A stretch of DNA of 64,000 nucleotides from an uncultured Gemmatimonadaceae bacterium (GCA_963751275.1 CAVVTZ010000009.1:448001-512000), one strand, 5' to 3'. Counted from the stretch's first letter, positions 10,743 to 21,264 are shown. Made by a program: numbers and translations. The notes: a model not told the origin generated them from the letters alone.

Positions 10743-11477
10743 TTACGGATTCGCGATGAACGCCCACTTCGCTTGCACGCTGGCGGTCACCGAGATGTCG
10801 CCGGCGACGATCGGCGTGTCTGACCCCGCCGGGGCCATCGCGCGCATCGTTGGCCGGATCGGTGTGCTCTCCTCGCCCGTCGTCACCCAGATGAGCGGAC
10901 CGAGCGTGCCCCCCATCGCCTTGGCGAGCACGGTGGCATCCGATTTCGCATGCGCCGCCGCATCGGCCAGCGCCGCGCGCCGTGCGTCGGCGGTGTTCGA
11001 GGCATTGAAGGTGAGATCGTTCACATCCGTCGCGCCCTTCGCGAGCGCGGCGTCGATCACGGCGCCCACCCGGTCGAGCTGCGTGAGCCGTACCGTGATG
11101 GCGTTGTTGGCGACGAAGCCGGTGCGCTGCATGCCGCCCTTCCCATTCGGCTCGTACGCCTCCTGCACGGTGAACCCCGCCGTGCCGATCTGGCTCGGCG
11201 CGATGCCGATCGCGCGCAGCGTGTCGAGCACCGCCCGCTGCGTCTTCGCGTTGGCTTGCGCCGCGGCGCCCGCCGACGTCGCGCGCGTCTCCACTGCGAG
11301 GACGAGCGTCGCGCGGTCCGGCGCGATCAGCACCTCGCGGCTGGCCGAAGTCTGGATCGTCGCCGTGTCGCCGATGCCGATCGGCGCGTGGGGATAGGGC
11401 ACCTGCGCGGCGGCGGGGAGAGCGAGCGCGATCGTGATGAGCGCGGCGATGGCGGTGCGAACGTTCAGGGCGGACAT
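10743..11477 (-). CDS. SIMPL (DUF541) domain periplasmic protein
   Basis: Signal peptide; PDRATLVLAV and ARRAALADAAAHAKSDA pattern. Confidence 0.88.
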   Translation of the reverse strand: MSALNVRTAIAALITIALALPAAAQVPYPHAPIGIGDTATIQTSASREVLIAPDRATLVLAVETRATSAGAAAQANAKTQRAVLDTLRAIGIAPSQIGTAGFTVQEAYEPNGKGGMQRTGFVANNAITVRLTQLDRVGAVIDAALAKGATDVNDLTFNASNTADARRAALADAAAHAKSDATVLAKAMGGTLGPLIWVTTGEESTPIRPTMRAMAPAGSDTPIVAGDISVTASVQAKWAFIANP

Positions 11478-11508
11478 GATCCAACTCCGTGGCAGGCCGA
11501 ACGTGATT

Positions 11509-12577
11509 CTACTGTGCGTGACCGGGTTTTGCGAGCGCGGAATCTGGCGGCCCGGCGCGCATGAAGCCGAGCAGGAGCGCGAGTGCCGAGTCGGCGGGCT
11601 CCGCCATGCGCTCGACGACCTCTTTGTGCCGCCGTCCCGGCAGGATCACGATGTCCACGCTCGCGCCGGCGGCCTTCGCCTTGGCCTGGAATTTCTGCGC
11701 ATCCTCGAGGATCGGCGGCTGGAAGCGCTCGGAATCGCCCATGATGACGAGCGTGCGCGGCAGCGCGGCGCTCACATAGAGGTACGGATTGGCCGCGACC
11801 CGGTCCGCGAGCGACGCGTACACGTTCTGTTCGTCGCGGTCCGCATCGAAGCCGCGCTGCAGCTCCGCGGGCGTCACACCGCGCCCCGCGGTATCGTATG
11901 GATCGAGCGTGCATCCCATTGCGACGATGCCGGCGATCGCGCGCGGCGTGCGCCGCTGCGCCGCCAGGTATCGCGCGTCGGCGCCGACGATCGCCGAGAG
12001 GAAACAGCCCGAGCTGTGCCCCCAGAGGAAGACGCGCGTCGAGTCGCCGCCCTTCGCCGCAACGTGCCGCACGACCCACGCGAACGCCGCCGCCACATTC
12101 CTGCGGCTGCGCGGGCCATTTCGCGCCCGGCGCGAGACGGTAGTTCACCCGCGCGCAGCCGGCGCCCGCCGCGACGATGTTCGCGCAGATCGTTTCGTAG
12201 GGCGGATCGTCCTTGCCGCCGCTCGTGAGACTCCCGCCGTGCACGAACACGACCGTCGGGAAGCCATGCGCCTGCGGCGTCGCGATGTCGAGCTGTTGTT
12301 CCGCGCCGCCGCCCATGACGTACGGCACGTTCCGCTCCACGGTCGCCGCCACTGCCGGCTCACCGCGTTTCCGCCCGATCACGACCCACACCAGCGGCTC
12401 GGCAATGATGAGCGTGATCGCGATGACGAAGATCGCTTTTCGCATCGGCGACCACCCCGCGAACCCGCGCCCATCGTGCTTTGGCGGTCCGCTGTGCAGC
12501 GGTTCCCACGACGGCGCGTCGCTCGCCGGGAACGACTCCCGCGACGATTCGTCGATCCGATCAGGCGGCTGGCTCAT
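11509..12577 (-). CDS. membrane-anchored alpha/beta hydrolase (HSL-like); frameshift near 12100
   Basis: VVFVHGG, NYRLAP and GHSSG motifs across two frames. Confidence 0.85.
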
Positions 12578-13074
12578 TGACTCTCCGCAGGGGGGAACTG
12601 CAGCTCCATTGTCCCGCCGGCCGGCAGCGCGCGCCACCGCGCCGCGAGCTCGCTGAGGCGCGCGTGGATCGCGGCGAGTTGCTCGTCGGTGACCGTCCGC
12701 GGCCGCGTCATTCCCTTCGAGTCCGCATGCGTGGCGGTGCGCTCGTTCAACTCGGCGGCGGTGAGCGTTTCTCGCAGCAGGAACGTGCGCCAGACTTCGC
12801 CCACGATCGTCTCGACCTCCACCGCTTCGGCGGGGATCGGACCGCGCGGCCAGCCGTTGCCGAAGTCCTCGAAGCTCCAGCCCTGCGCGATCAATCCGAA
12901 GAACGCGCTGCGGATCCCGAGCGTCGACTCCACGCTGTAATGCACGAGATCATGCACCGGGAAGGCGACGTGCGAATGCTGCCACGTGGCCGAGCCGTCG
13001 GCGCGCACGCCGGTGAGCACGGGCGGCGCGTCGGGGGTCTTCTTCAGGCGGATCGTGAGCGGGGGATTCGGCAT
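12574..13074 (-). CDS. hypothetical protein with HDLVH..VE motif (read in frame with lgt in this assembly)
   Basis: Own ATG (MPNPPL); soluble domain unrelated to Lgt. Confidence 0.55.
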   Translation of the reverse strand: MPNPPLTIRLKKTPDAPPVLTGVRADGSATWQHSHVAFPVHDLVHYSVESTLGIRSAFFGLIAQGWSFEDFGNGWPRGPIPAEAVEVETIVGEVWRTFLLRETLTAAELNERTATHADSKGMTRPRTVTDEQLAAIHARLSELAARWRALPAGGTMELQFPPAESQ

Positions 13075-13084
13075 CGGGCTGTCG

Positions 13085-13896
13085 TCAACGCGCGCGCGCA
13101 CCCTCGGCTCCCGGCGCGCCCGCATCCACGCGAACCCACCCGCGATGAACAGCAGCGCGATCACCTGCGCGATGGTAAGCCCCGCGATGAACCGGTCGTC
13201 CTTCGCGCGCAGGAACTCGATCAGGAAGCGCTCCGCCCCCGCGAGCACCATGTACACGCCGAAGAGCCAGCCGTCGGCATGCTTGTGATCCCGCAGGCGC
13301 CACAACATCAGGAACATCACGAAGCCGAGCGTGATCTCGTACAGCTGCGTGGGATATACCGAGAGCACGGTGTTCGGCAGCACGCCCGCCGCCACCGGCA
13401 CGCCGAACATCGACTGCATGTTCGCCGCGGTGCTGGGTGGCGCGCCCTGCGGGAAGCTCACCGCGAAGATCGAATTCCACGGACGCCCGTAATCATCGCC
13501 CACCGCCCAGCAGCCGGTGCGCCCCACCGCATACGCCGCGGCGATGGCCATGCCCGCGACGTCGGCGATCTTCCAGAAGGGGAGCCTTCGCGCGCGGATC
13601 GTGAGCGTCACGGCGATGATGCCGCCGACCAGCCCGCCCCAGAAGACGAATCCGCCGCGGCTCAGCAGATTGTGGATGTCCTGCGTGAGGATCACGTAGT
13701 AGATCTTCGCGCCCAACAATCCGCCCACCACCGCGGCGAGCACGAGGTCGCCGATGTAGCTCGCGTCGTTGCCGCGGCGCTCGAGCGCGCGCTCGCTCAC
13801 GGTCTGTGCGACCATGAAGGCCATGAGCACGGCGAGTCCGAAGCCCGTGAAGGTCAGCGGGCCGAGGTGGATCTCGAAGGGATGGGCTACCGTCAT
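13085..13896 (-). CDS. lgt: prolipoprotein diacylglyceryl transferase
   Basis: GGFVFWGG, GRTGC..GDDYG, PTQLYE and RFLIEFLR motifs; 3' end uncertain. Confidence 0.92.
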
Positions 13897-14939
13897 GCGG
13901 CCACGAGTCCGGGCAAGGGAAGGGAAGCATACGCATTCAAGTCGAGCGCCGCACGTTCGCCGCGCTCGAAGCGGAACAGTCCGGCTCGGGCGATCATCGC
14001 GGCGTTGTCGGTCGCGAGCCGCGGGCTGGGCGCGAACACCTCGGCGCCACTCTCCGCGAGCCGCTCCCGCATCGCCTCCTGCAGCGTGCGGTTGCAGGCG
14101 ACGCCGCCGCCCAGTATCACCCGCGTGCGCCCGAAGCGTTCCGCGGCGCGCGCCGTCTTCTCGGTGAGCGTCGCGATCATCGCGTCCTGGAATCCGCGCG
14201 CGATGCTCGCGCGCGCGGTCTCCAGATCGGTGCCGTTACTACGTACCACATTCAAGACCGCCGTTTTCAGTCCGCTGAAGGACATGTCGTAATAATCCTC
14301 GTCGCCCGGCTCCGCGCTCGCGCGCAGCATCGGGCGCGTGAAGCGGAACGCCTTCGGATCCCCCTCGCGCGCGGCGCGCTCGATCTGTGGACCGCCGGGG
14401 TACGGCAGGCCGAGCAGCTTCGCGACCTTGTCGAAGGCTTCGCCGGCCGCGTCGTCGCGCGTCGCGCCCAGCAGGTGGTACGTGCCCCATGCCGGGACAT
14501 TGAGCAGCATCGTGTGGCCTCCGGAAATGAGCAGCGCGGTGAACGGCGGCACCGCCCGCTCGTGCTCGATCGACGTCGCGAACAGATGCCCCTCCATGTG
14601 ATGCACGCCCACCACCGGCAGCCCGTGCGCGAAAGCGAGACTCTTGCCGAAGCTCACGCCCACGAGCAGCGCCCCCACGAGTCCCGGCGCGTGCGTCACC
14701 GCGACGGCGTCGAGCTCATGCGCACCGACGTGCGCGTCGGCCAGCGCGCGCTCCACCACCGGCACGATGCTCGTGAGATGCGCACGCGACGCGATCTCCG
14801 GCACCACGCCGCCGAACACGCGGTGCACATCCTGCGAGAGGATCACGAGCGAGCGCATCGCGACCACGTCGCCCGTGCCTTCCAGGACGGCGGCCGACGT
14901 CTCGTCGCACGACGTCTCGATGCCGAGGATGCGCGTCAT
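13893..14939 (-). CDS. tsaD: tRNA threonylcarbamoyltransferase TsaD
   Basis: GIETSCDET, GGVVPEIASRAH, HHMEGH, DDAAGEAFDK and TDNAAMI. Confidence 0.97.
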   Translation of the reverse strand: MTRILGIETSCDETSAAVLEGTGDVVAMRSLVILSQDVHRVFGGVVPEIASRAHLTSIVPVVERALADAHVGAHELDAVAVTHAPGLVGALLVGVSFGKSLAFAHGLPVVGVHHMEGHLFATSIEHERAVPPFTALLISGGHTMLLNVPAWGTYHLLGATRDDAAGEAFDKVAKLLGLPYPGGPQIERAAREGDPKAFRFTRPMLRASAEPGDEDYYDMSFSGLKTAVLNVVRSNGTDLETARASIARGFQDAMIATLTEKTARAAERFGRTRVILGGGVACNRTLQEAMRERLAESGAEVFAPSPRLATDNAAMIARAGLFRFERGERAALDLNAYASLPLPGLVAA

Positions 14940-15361
14940 GGGGCGGCCTTCAGCTTGAGGCGCAGCACGCGCGGGCGGATGTCGCGCACGCGCGCGTCCA
15001 CGCCGGCGGGGAACTCAATGTCGCCGGAGGCGAGCGCGATCACCGCGACGCCGCCGCCGGCGTCGGCCGCTTCCATGTGCGCCACCGGATGCGTGGAGGC
15101 GAGCTCGAGCAGGTCGCGCCCGCGCCCCGCGACGAGCGCCCGCACCTTCGGCGGCGCGTCCGCCAGCGCGAATCCGGAATCCACCGAGAGGTCGAGGCGC
15201 ACATCCACCCACTGCTCGGCCTGGTCCTGCAGCGTCACCACGAGCCAGAGCAGCATCGCGAGCAGCAGCGCGGCGATCTTCGCGGGCAGCCGTTCGGTGA
15301 ACGCGGCCCGAACGCGGAGAGGGATGGTGCGCCGCTTGATGTTGGACCCGAACCCCGTCAT
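14936..15361 (-). CDS. short YbbR/CdaR-like membrane-anchored protein (start uncertain)
   Basis: KIAALLLAMLLWLVV TM followed by one beta-rich repeat. Confidence 0.6.
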   Translation of the reverse strand: MTGFGSNIKRRTIPLRVRAAFTERLPAKIAALLLAMLLWLVVTLQDQAEQWVDVRLDLSVDSGFALADAPPKVRALVAGRGRDLLELASTHPVAHMEAADAGGGVAVIALASGDIEFPAGVDARVRDIRPRVLRLKLKAAP

Positions 15362-15449
15362 TGGTCCCCCGAACGCCGTGAGATACGGCCGAGTGGTTCG
15401 TAATACCACGAACCACTCGTCAATGACGTAGTTCGGGGGACCAAGTACG
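15352..15449. repeat. REPIN/MITE-like nested inverted repeat, copy 1
   Basis: ttggtcccccgaac(15361-15374) / gttcgggggaccaa(15431-15444) enclosing a 12-bp inner hairpin. Confidence 0.85.
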
Positions 15450-15494
15450 TGGTTCCGGGGTTCCAGCCTCGCACCGGCACATTCATCGGCAGAT

Positions 15495-16037
15495 TCATTC
15501 CGCCAGCAGCCGTTCGACGAACGCGCGATTGTCCGGCGAATCCCAGCGCTGCGCGCCGATCACCTTGCGGCGGATCATCCCGTCCTTGGCCACCACGAAC
15601 GTCGCCGGGATGCCGAACGCGTCGAGCATCTGCTCGATGTGCCCCGTCCCCTCCTGCAGGATGGGGAAGGTGAGACCGTACTGCTTCACGAACGCGCGGA
15701 TCTGCGGTTCGAGCCCCGGATTGTCGATGGAGACGCCCACCACGACGAGGCCCTTGGGGCCGAGCTGAGCGTGCAGCCGCTCGAGGCTGGGCATCTCCTC
15801 GCGGCAGGGAATGCAGTACGTCGCCCAGACGTTCACGAGCACGACGCGCCCGCGATAATCGGAGAAATGCTTCGGGACCGCTGGCTCATCCATCGTGTGC
15901 GCATAGAAATCCGGCATTTGCTCCCCCACGGACGCGGTGCCCGCGCCGGCACCGAGATGCGTGGCCGCGTAGGCCGCCCCGCCGGTGAGGATGGCGATCA
16001 CGGCGCCCACCACGGCCCACTGCGCCCGCTGGGTCAC
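15495..16037 (-). CDS. TlpA/ResA-family thiol:disulfide oxidoreductase
   Basis: NVWATYCIPCREEMP and GIPATF motifs; N-terminal TM. Confidence 0.9.
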   Translation of the reverse strand: MTQRAQWAVVGAVIAILTGGAAYAATHLGAGAGTASVGEQMPDFYAHTMDEPAVPKHFSDYRGRVVLVNVWATYCIPCREEMPSLERLHAQLGPKGLVVVGVSIDNPGLEPQIRAFVKQYGLTFPILQEGTGHIEQMLDAFGIPATFVVAKDGMIRRKVIGAQRWDSPDNRAFVERLLAE

Positions 16038-16699
16038 GCCTGCTCCATCGCGAGCCGGCGCAGCGCGCCGATCTCTTCCTTCGGATCCTTGGCCGCGCAC
16101 ACGGCTTGCCCGGCCACGAAGGTGTCCGCGCCGGCGCGGTGCACCTTCGCGATCGTGTCGCGGTTGATCCCGCCGTCCACCTCGAGCACGGCGCGGCTGT
16201 GCGCGCCATCGAGCAGCAGGCGCGCGCGGCGCACCTTGTCCACCGACGCGGGGATGAACGTCTGTCCGCCGAAGCCGGGGTTCACGCTCATGATGAGCAG
16301 GAGATCGAGCATCCCGATCACCTCGGTCACCGCGTCGAGCGGCGTGCTCGGGTTCAATGCCACGCCGGCCATGCAGCCGAGTTCGCGGATGCGGCCGAGC
16401 TGGCGGTTCAGGTGCGGCGAGACCTCCGCGTGGATCGTGATGTGGTTCGCGCCCGCGGCGGCGAAGCTGTCGAAGTAGCGCTCGGGCTCCACGACCATGA
16501 GGTGCACATCGAGCGGGAGCTTCGTGAGGCGCCGCAGCGTCTCGATCACCTTCGCGCCGAAGGTGAGGTTCGGCACGAAGCGGCCGTCCATGACGTCCAC
16601 GTGCAGCCAGTCGGCGCCGCCGGCTTCGAGGCGCGCGACTTCCCGGTCGAGCTGCGCGAAGTCCGCGCTCAGCATGGAGGGTGCGATGCGGACGGTCAC
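16034..16699 (-). CDS. rpe: ribulose-phosphate 3-epimerase
   Basis: IAPSMLSADF, HVDVMDG, MSVNPGFGGQ and EVDGGI. Confidence 0.97.
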   Translation of the reverse strand: MTVRIAPSMLSADFAQLDREVARLEAGGADWLHVDVMDGRFVPNLTFGAKVIETLRRLTKLPLDVHLMVVEPERYFDSFAAAGANHITIHAEVSPHLNRQLGRIRELGCMAGVALNPSTPLDAVTEVIGMLDLLLIMSVNPGFGGQTFIPASVDKVRRARLLLDGAHSRAVLEVDGGINRDTIAKVHRAGADTFVAGQAVCAAKDPKEEIGALRRLAMEQA

Positions 16700-17427
16700 G
16701 GATGGAAGGCCACGGAAAGGGTCACGGAACTGCCGGAATTCACGGCTTGCGAGGGCGCCGGGTCCTGCGCGATCACGGTGCCGTTCGGCGCATCGGCCGC
16801 CGTGTCATGCGCGGGCCCGACGATGAAGCCGAGCTGCTCGAGCAGTGAGCGCGCGGCGGCGTACTGCTGCCCCGTGACGTCGGGCACGGTCACGAGCGAC
16901 GGCCCGGCGCTCACGGTGATCGTGATCGCGCTCGCCGCCGGCACGCGCGCGCCCGACGCGGGGAAGCTGCTCAGCACGGTGCCGCGCGGCGACGGGCTGT
17001 CCTGCGCGATGACGTCCCCGATGTCGAGGCCGCTGTTCGTGAGGGTGGCCTCGGCCTGCTGCTGCGTGAGCCCGTTGATCGGCGGCACTTCCACCGTGCG
17101 CTGGCCGCGTGAGATGTCGAGCACCACGCGCGCGCCGCGCGAGTGCACGGTCTGCGGCGCCGGCGACTGGTTGAGCACGCTCCCCGCCGGCACGGTGCTC
17201 TCGTAGCGCTGTTCGCCGCGCTGCGCGACGAATCCCGAGTCGGTGAGGATCTGCTTCGCCTGCTCGAACGGCAGGCCGGTGACGTTCGGCACCGGCAGGT
17301 CGGAGCGCGCCCCGTTGCTCGGGAAGATGAACAGTCCGACGATCGCGTACGCGAGCACGAAGCCGCCGCCGCTCACCGCGAAGTAGGGCCACACCTTCTT
17401 CACGAAGGCCTTCAGCGCATCGTTCAC
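16696..17427 (-). CDS. membrane-anchored 3xPASTA domain protein
   Basis: One TM followed by VPNVTG, VPPING and VPDVTG repeats. Confidence 0.9.
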   Translation of the reverse strand: MNDALKAFVKKVWPYFAVSGGGFVLAYAIVGLFIFPSNGARSDLPVPNVTGLPFEQAKQILTDSGFVAQRGEQRYESTVPAGSVLNQSPAPQTVHSRGARVVLDISRGQRTVEVPPINGLTQQQAEATLTNSGLDIGDVIAQDSPSPRGTVLSSFPASGARVPAASAITITVSAGPSLVTVPDVTGQQYAAARSLLEQLGFIVGPAHDTAADAPNGTVIAQDPAPSQAVNSGSSVTLSVAFHP

Positions 17428-18780
17428 GCGGCGCTCCGGCGCAGGCGCGCGGCGAACGCGCCGTCCACGTGATGGCGCTGGGGCAGCACGCGCAGCCGTC
17501 CGGCGTCGAGCACCTCGGCCGGCACCGCGCCCGCGGGCGGCGGCTCGAGCGTCCACGCGCCGCGCGCGTCGGCGAGGAAGCTCTCGATCTGCGCATCGTT
17601 CTCCTCGGGCTCGATGGAGCAGGTGGAATACACGAGCAGACCGCCGGGCCGCACGATCTCCGCCGCCGCGCGCAGCAGTGCGCGCTGCAGCGCGCCCATC
17701 ACCGCGAGATCGCTCGGCTTGAGCCGCCAGCGCGCATCGGGGTGGCGGCGGAAGGTGCCGGTGCCGCTGCACGGCACATCGAGCAGCACGGCGTCCACCG
17801 TGCCGACGGCCGGGAATCGCGCGTCCGCCACCACGGCATGGACGTTCTTCGCGTCCACGCGCGCGATGTTCTGCAGCAATCGCGGCGCACGCGCGGGGCT
17901 GCGGTCGCACGCGATCACCACCGACGCCGTGCGCGCGAGCTCGAGCGCCTTCCCGCCGGGCGCGGCGCACAGGTCGGCGACGCGCGAACCCGGCGCGATC
18001 GCCGCGTACTCGGTGACGAGCGTCGCGCCCGGATCCTGCACGAAGAACTGGCCCCGCCGGTACGCGCCGAGCTCGGTGAGCGACGGACCGCCCGCGATCT
18101 CGAGGCTCCCGCGCACGAGCGGCACATCGCGCGTCGTGACGCCCGCCTCCTCGAGGATCGACTCGAGCTGCTCGCGCACCACGCCGTAGGGACGCGAGCA
18201 CCGTGGGCGGCTCGCTGTTGTTCTGCGCGAGCAGCGCCGCGGTGTCGGCCGCGCCCCAGCGCGCCACCCAGCGCGCCACGAGCCAGCGCGGGTGCGAGTG
18301 CGCGAGCGCCAGCGCTTCCACCGGATCCTCGGGCACCGCGAGCGCGAGCTCGGCGCGCTCGCGGTCGATCCGCCGCAGCACCGCGTTCGCGAGGCGGCTC
18401 GCCCCGAGGCCGTGCCGCTGCTTGACGAGCTCCACCGTCTGCGCGATCGCCGCGTATGCCGGTACGGAGTTCATGTGGAGCAATTGGTCGGTGCCGAGGC
18501 GGAGCAGGTCCACGACGTCGGCGTCGAGGCGCGCGAGGCCGCCGGTCACGCGCGGCGCGATCTGCGCGTCGAGTTCGGCGCGGCGGCGCAGCATGCCGAA
18601 CACCAGTTCCTGCAGCCAGCGGCGGTCGCGCGCGTCCAGCGCGGCGGCGCGCGCTTCGAACGCCGGGTCGAGCATCTCGCCCTTCCGCAGGTCCGCGCAC
18701 AGGTCTGCCGCCGCGCGCCGCGCGTCGGTCACCTGCGAGAGCGGACGGTCAGCCGGAGCCGGTGCGGGACGCGTCGTCAT
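17424..18780 (-). CDS. rsmB: 16S rRNA m5C967 methyltransferase RsmB/Sun; frameshift near 18185
   Basis: NusB-like N-domain (ANAVLR, SHPRWL); DLCAAPGGK, DVPCSGTG and YSTCS. Confidence 0.93.
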
Positions 18781-19406
18781 AGGCGGAAAGATAGCGCGCG
18801 GCGGCGGCGCCGGCATCGTCGGCGCCCCAGAATGCCGCGGATCGCGGCCGTCCCCCACGCCCCCGCCTTGCGCAGCAGCGGCGCGTGCTCGGGGCTCACG
18901 CCGCCGATCGCGAGCACCGGCGCCGACGTGCTCGCGATGATCTCGCGAATGAGGCCGATCCCGCGCCCCGGCGCGCCCGGGTGCGACGGCGTCTCGAACA
19001 CGTGGCCCGCCACGAGCCAGTCGGCGCCGTCCTTCGCCGCGAACGCCGCCTCGGTGGCGTCGTGCACGCTCGCGCCCAGGCGCATGGTCGCCGCCGGCGC
19101 CAGCGCGCGCGCCTGCCGCACGGTGAGCGAGCGTGACGTCAGCTGGGCCGCGCGCGCGCCGAGCGCGAGCGCCAGGTCCACGCGGTCGTTGACCACGAGC
19201 CACGCGCCGCCGCGCGACTGCTCGGCGGCGAGATGCACGCCGAGGTCGAAGAGGCGCGCGGCGGTGGTGCGCGCGCCGCGCAGGTGCAGCGCGCCGCGCG
19301 GACCGAGCGCGCGCATCACCGCGCGCATGCGCTCCAGGGCATCGTCGCGCGCCAGCACCTCATCGTCGGTGACGGCGTGGATGACGGGGATCCCCTCAGC
19401 TCCCAA
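18777..19406 (-). CDS. thiE: thiamine phosphate synthase (ThiE/TenI family); true stop probably at 18749 after an indel
   Basis: VVNDRVDLA, GASVH, GHVFETPSH and LAIGG. Confidence 0.8.
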   Translation of the reverse strand: MGAEGIPVIHAVTDDEVLARDDALERMRAVMRALGPRGALHLRGARTTAARLFDLGVHLAAEQSRGGAWLVVNDRVDLALALGARAAQLTSRSLTVRQARALAPAATMRLGASVHDATEAAFAAKDGADWLVAGHVFETPSHPGAPGRGIGLIREIIASTSAPVLAIGGVSPEHAPLLRKAGAWGTAAIRGILGRRRCRRRRRALSFRL

Positions 19407-20340
19407 GCCGTTCTCCCGCCTTGATGCCGCGGCCGCGGTACCACTCCGCCGCCGTCACGCGCTTCTTGCCGGTGGGCTGCACCTGGTGCACGCGCACCGC
19501 GCCATCGCCGCACGCCACGAGCATGCCCGCATCGCCCACCGCGAGCACCGTGCCGTACGGGTCATCCCGGTCATCGCCGCCCTCCTCGGTCTCGGAGGCG
19601 CCGAACAGCTTCACTTCCGCGCCGCGGTGCAGCGTGAAGGCGCCGGGCTTCGGATCGTACGCGCGGATCGCGCGCGCGACCACGCCGCATCCCTCCTGCC
19701 AGTTCACGCGCGCCATCTCCCGTTCGATCTTGGGGGCGAAGGTGGCGGCCCCGTCGTCCTGCGGGCGCTCGGTGGCCTGGCCGAGTTGCAGCAGAGTGAG
19801 CGCTTCGATGAGCGCGAGCGCGCCGAGCTCGGAAAGGCGCAGCTCGAGCTCGCCCGCGGTCTCGTCGCGCTCCACCGGCGTGCGCGCCTGCAGCACGATC
19901 GGGCCGGCGTCGAGCGCGAGCACCATGCGCATGATCGTCACGCCCGTCTCGAGCATCCCTTCGCGGATCGCGGCCTGGATGGGCGCGGCGCCCCGGAACT
20001 TCGGCAGCAGCGACGCGTGCACGTTCAGCGTGCCCTGCGAGGGCAGGTCGATCACGTCCTGCTTCAGGATGTGCCCGTACGACGCGACGATCGAGATCTC
20101 GGGCTCGAGCGCGCGGAGCGCCGCCAGGAACTCTGCGCCGCGCGGCTTCTCGGGCTGGAAGAGCGGGATCGATTCTTCGACCGCCACCTCCTTCACCGGC
20201 GACGGGACGAGCGTGGACCGCGAGCGGCCCACGGCCCGGTCGGGCTGCGTGATCACGCCCACGACATCGAACCCTTCGCCCAGCAGCGCGCGCAGCGACG
20301 GCACCGCGAACGCCGAAGTCCCCCAGAAGAGGGTGCGCAC
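19396..20340 (-). CDS. fmt: methionyl-tRNA formyltransferase
   Basis: TQPDR, NVHASLLPKFRGAAPIQ and LDAGPI. Confidence 0.97.
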   Translation of the reverse strand: MRTLFWGTSAFAVPSLRALLGEGFDVVGVITQPDRAVGRSRSTLVPSPVKEVAVEESIPLFQPEKPRGAEFLAALRALEPEISIVASYGHILKQDVIDLPSQGTLNVHASLLPKFRGAAPIQAAIREGMLETGVTIMRMVLALDAGPIVLQARTPVERDETAGELELRLSELGALALIEALTLLQLGQATERPQDDGAATFAPKIEREMARVNWQEGCGVVARAIRAYDPKPGAFTLHRGAEVKLFGASETEEGGDDRDDPYGTVLAVGDAGMLVACGDGAVRVHQVQPTGKKRVTAAEWYRGRGIKAGERLGS

Positions 20341-20897
20341 TACAGCTCCTCGTCGCGGTGGTGATGCTCCGCGGCTTCGCCCGCGACGATCTTGCGCGTC
20401 ATCGCGCGGTCCTCGCCGTGCCCCTTGCGGTACTTCGCGATCGCCGCGCGCTTCTTCAGGAGGCTCAGATAGTCGATGAAGAGTTTCCCGTGCAGGTGGT
20501 CGATCTCGTGCTGCAGGCAGCGCGCGAGCAGATCGGTGGCGATGATCTGGATCGTCTCGCCGTTCACGCCCATCGCGTGCACATCCACGCGGGTCGCCCG
20601 TTCCACATCGCCGTACACATCGGGAATGGAGAGGCAGCCCTCTTCGCCCATCTCCGCGCCCTCGGCGAGCGTGATCTCGGGATTGAAGAGCACGAACTTC
20701 GCGCCGTCCACGTCCACCACGCACAGCCGCTCCGTGCGCCCGACCTGTGGCGCGGCGAGCCCGATCCCCTTCGCGGCGTACATCGTCTCGAACATGTCGT
20801 CGGCGAGACGACGCAGTTCGTCGGTGACGGCGGCCACCGGCCGCGTCACCTCGCGCAGGATCGGCGCGTCGAGCAGGTGAATGTCGAGCAGGCTCAC
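20340..20897 (-). CDS. def: peptide deformylase
   Basis: GIGLAAPQ, EGCLS and QHEIDHL. Confidence 0.98.
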   Translation of the reverse strand: MSLLDIHLLDAPILREVTRPVAAVTDELRRLADDMFETMYAAKGIGLAAPQVGRTERLCVVDVDGAKFVLFNPEITLAEGAEMGEEGCLSIPDVYGDVERATRVDVHAMGVNGETIQIIATDLLARCLQHEIDHLHGKLFIDYLSLLKKRAAIAKYRKGHGEDRAMTRKIVAGEAAEHHHRDEEL

Positions 20898-21262
20898 GCG
20901 CTTTGTGCGGCCTCGGCGGTCTTCGGCGTCACCTTCGCGATCTTGCCGCGCTCCACCACGAGCTTGGCCTCGCCGGAACGGATCGTGATGAGGTCGTCGA
21001 GCGTCGGCACCGCCGTGCCATCGGTGACCTTCTGCTGCAGGTGGATGACGTGCGCGACGATCCCGCCCGAGGTGACGATCTCATCCCCCTTCTTGAGCGC
21101 GAGCAGCATCGCTTCCTGCTGCTTCCGCTGCTTCTGCTGGGGGCGGATGATGATGAAGTAGAAGATGGCGACCATGGCGCCGATCTGGAACACGAACGGC
21201 AGCATGCTGGAGGCGCCGCCGGGTGCGGACTGCATGATCGCGAGGGCGAAAGAGAAGGTCAT
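20894..21262 (-). CDS. yajC: preprotein translocase subunit YajC
   Basis: FYFIIIRPQQKQ and LKKGDEIVTSGGI. Confidence 0.95.
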   Translation of the reverse strand: MTFSFALAIMQSAPGGASSMLPFVFQIGAMVAIFYFIIIRPQQKQRKQQEAMLLALKKGDEIVTSGGIVAHVIHLQQKVTDGTAVPTLDDLITIRSGEAKLVVERGKIAKVTPKTAEAAQSA

Positions 21263-21264
21263 CG

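Noticed and set aside
12574..13896. Lgt fused to a soluble HDLVH domain
   Set aside because: A plausible Lgt stop lies one frame over at 13085 and the second domain has its own ATG at 13074; probably an indel artefact, though unproven without reads.
16696..19203. 835-aa NusB-like/PASTA fusion ORF
   Set aside because: Artefact of the rsmB frameshift running through a shadow frame into the PASTA gene.
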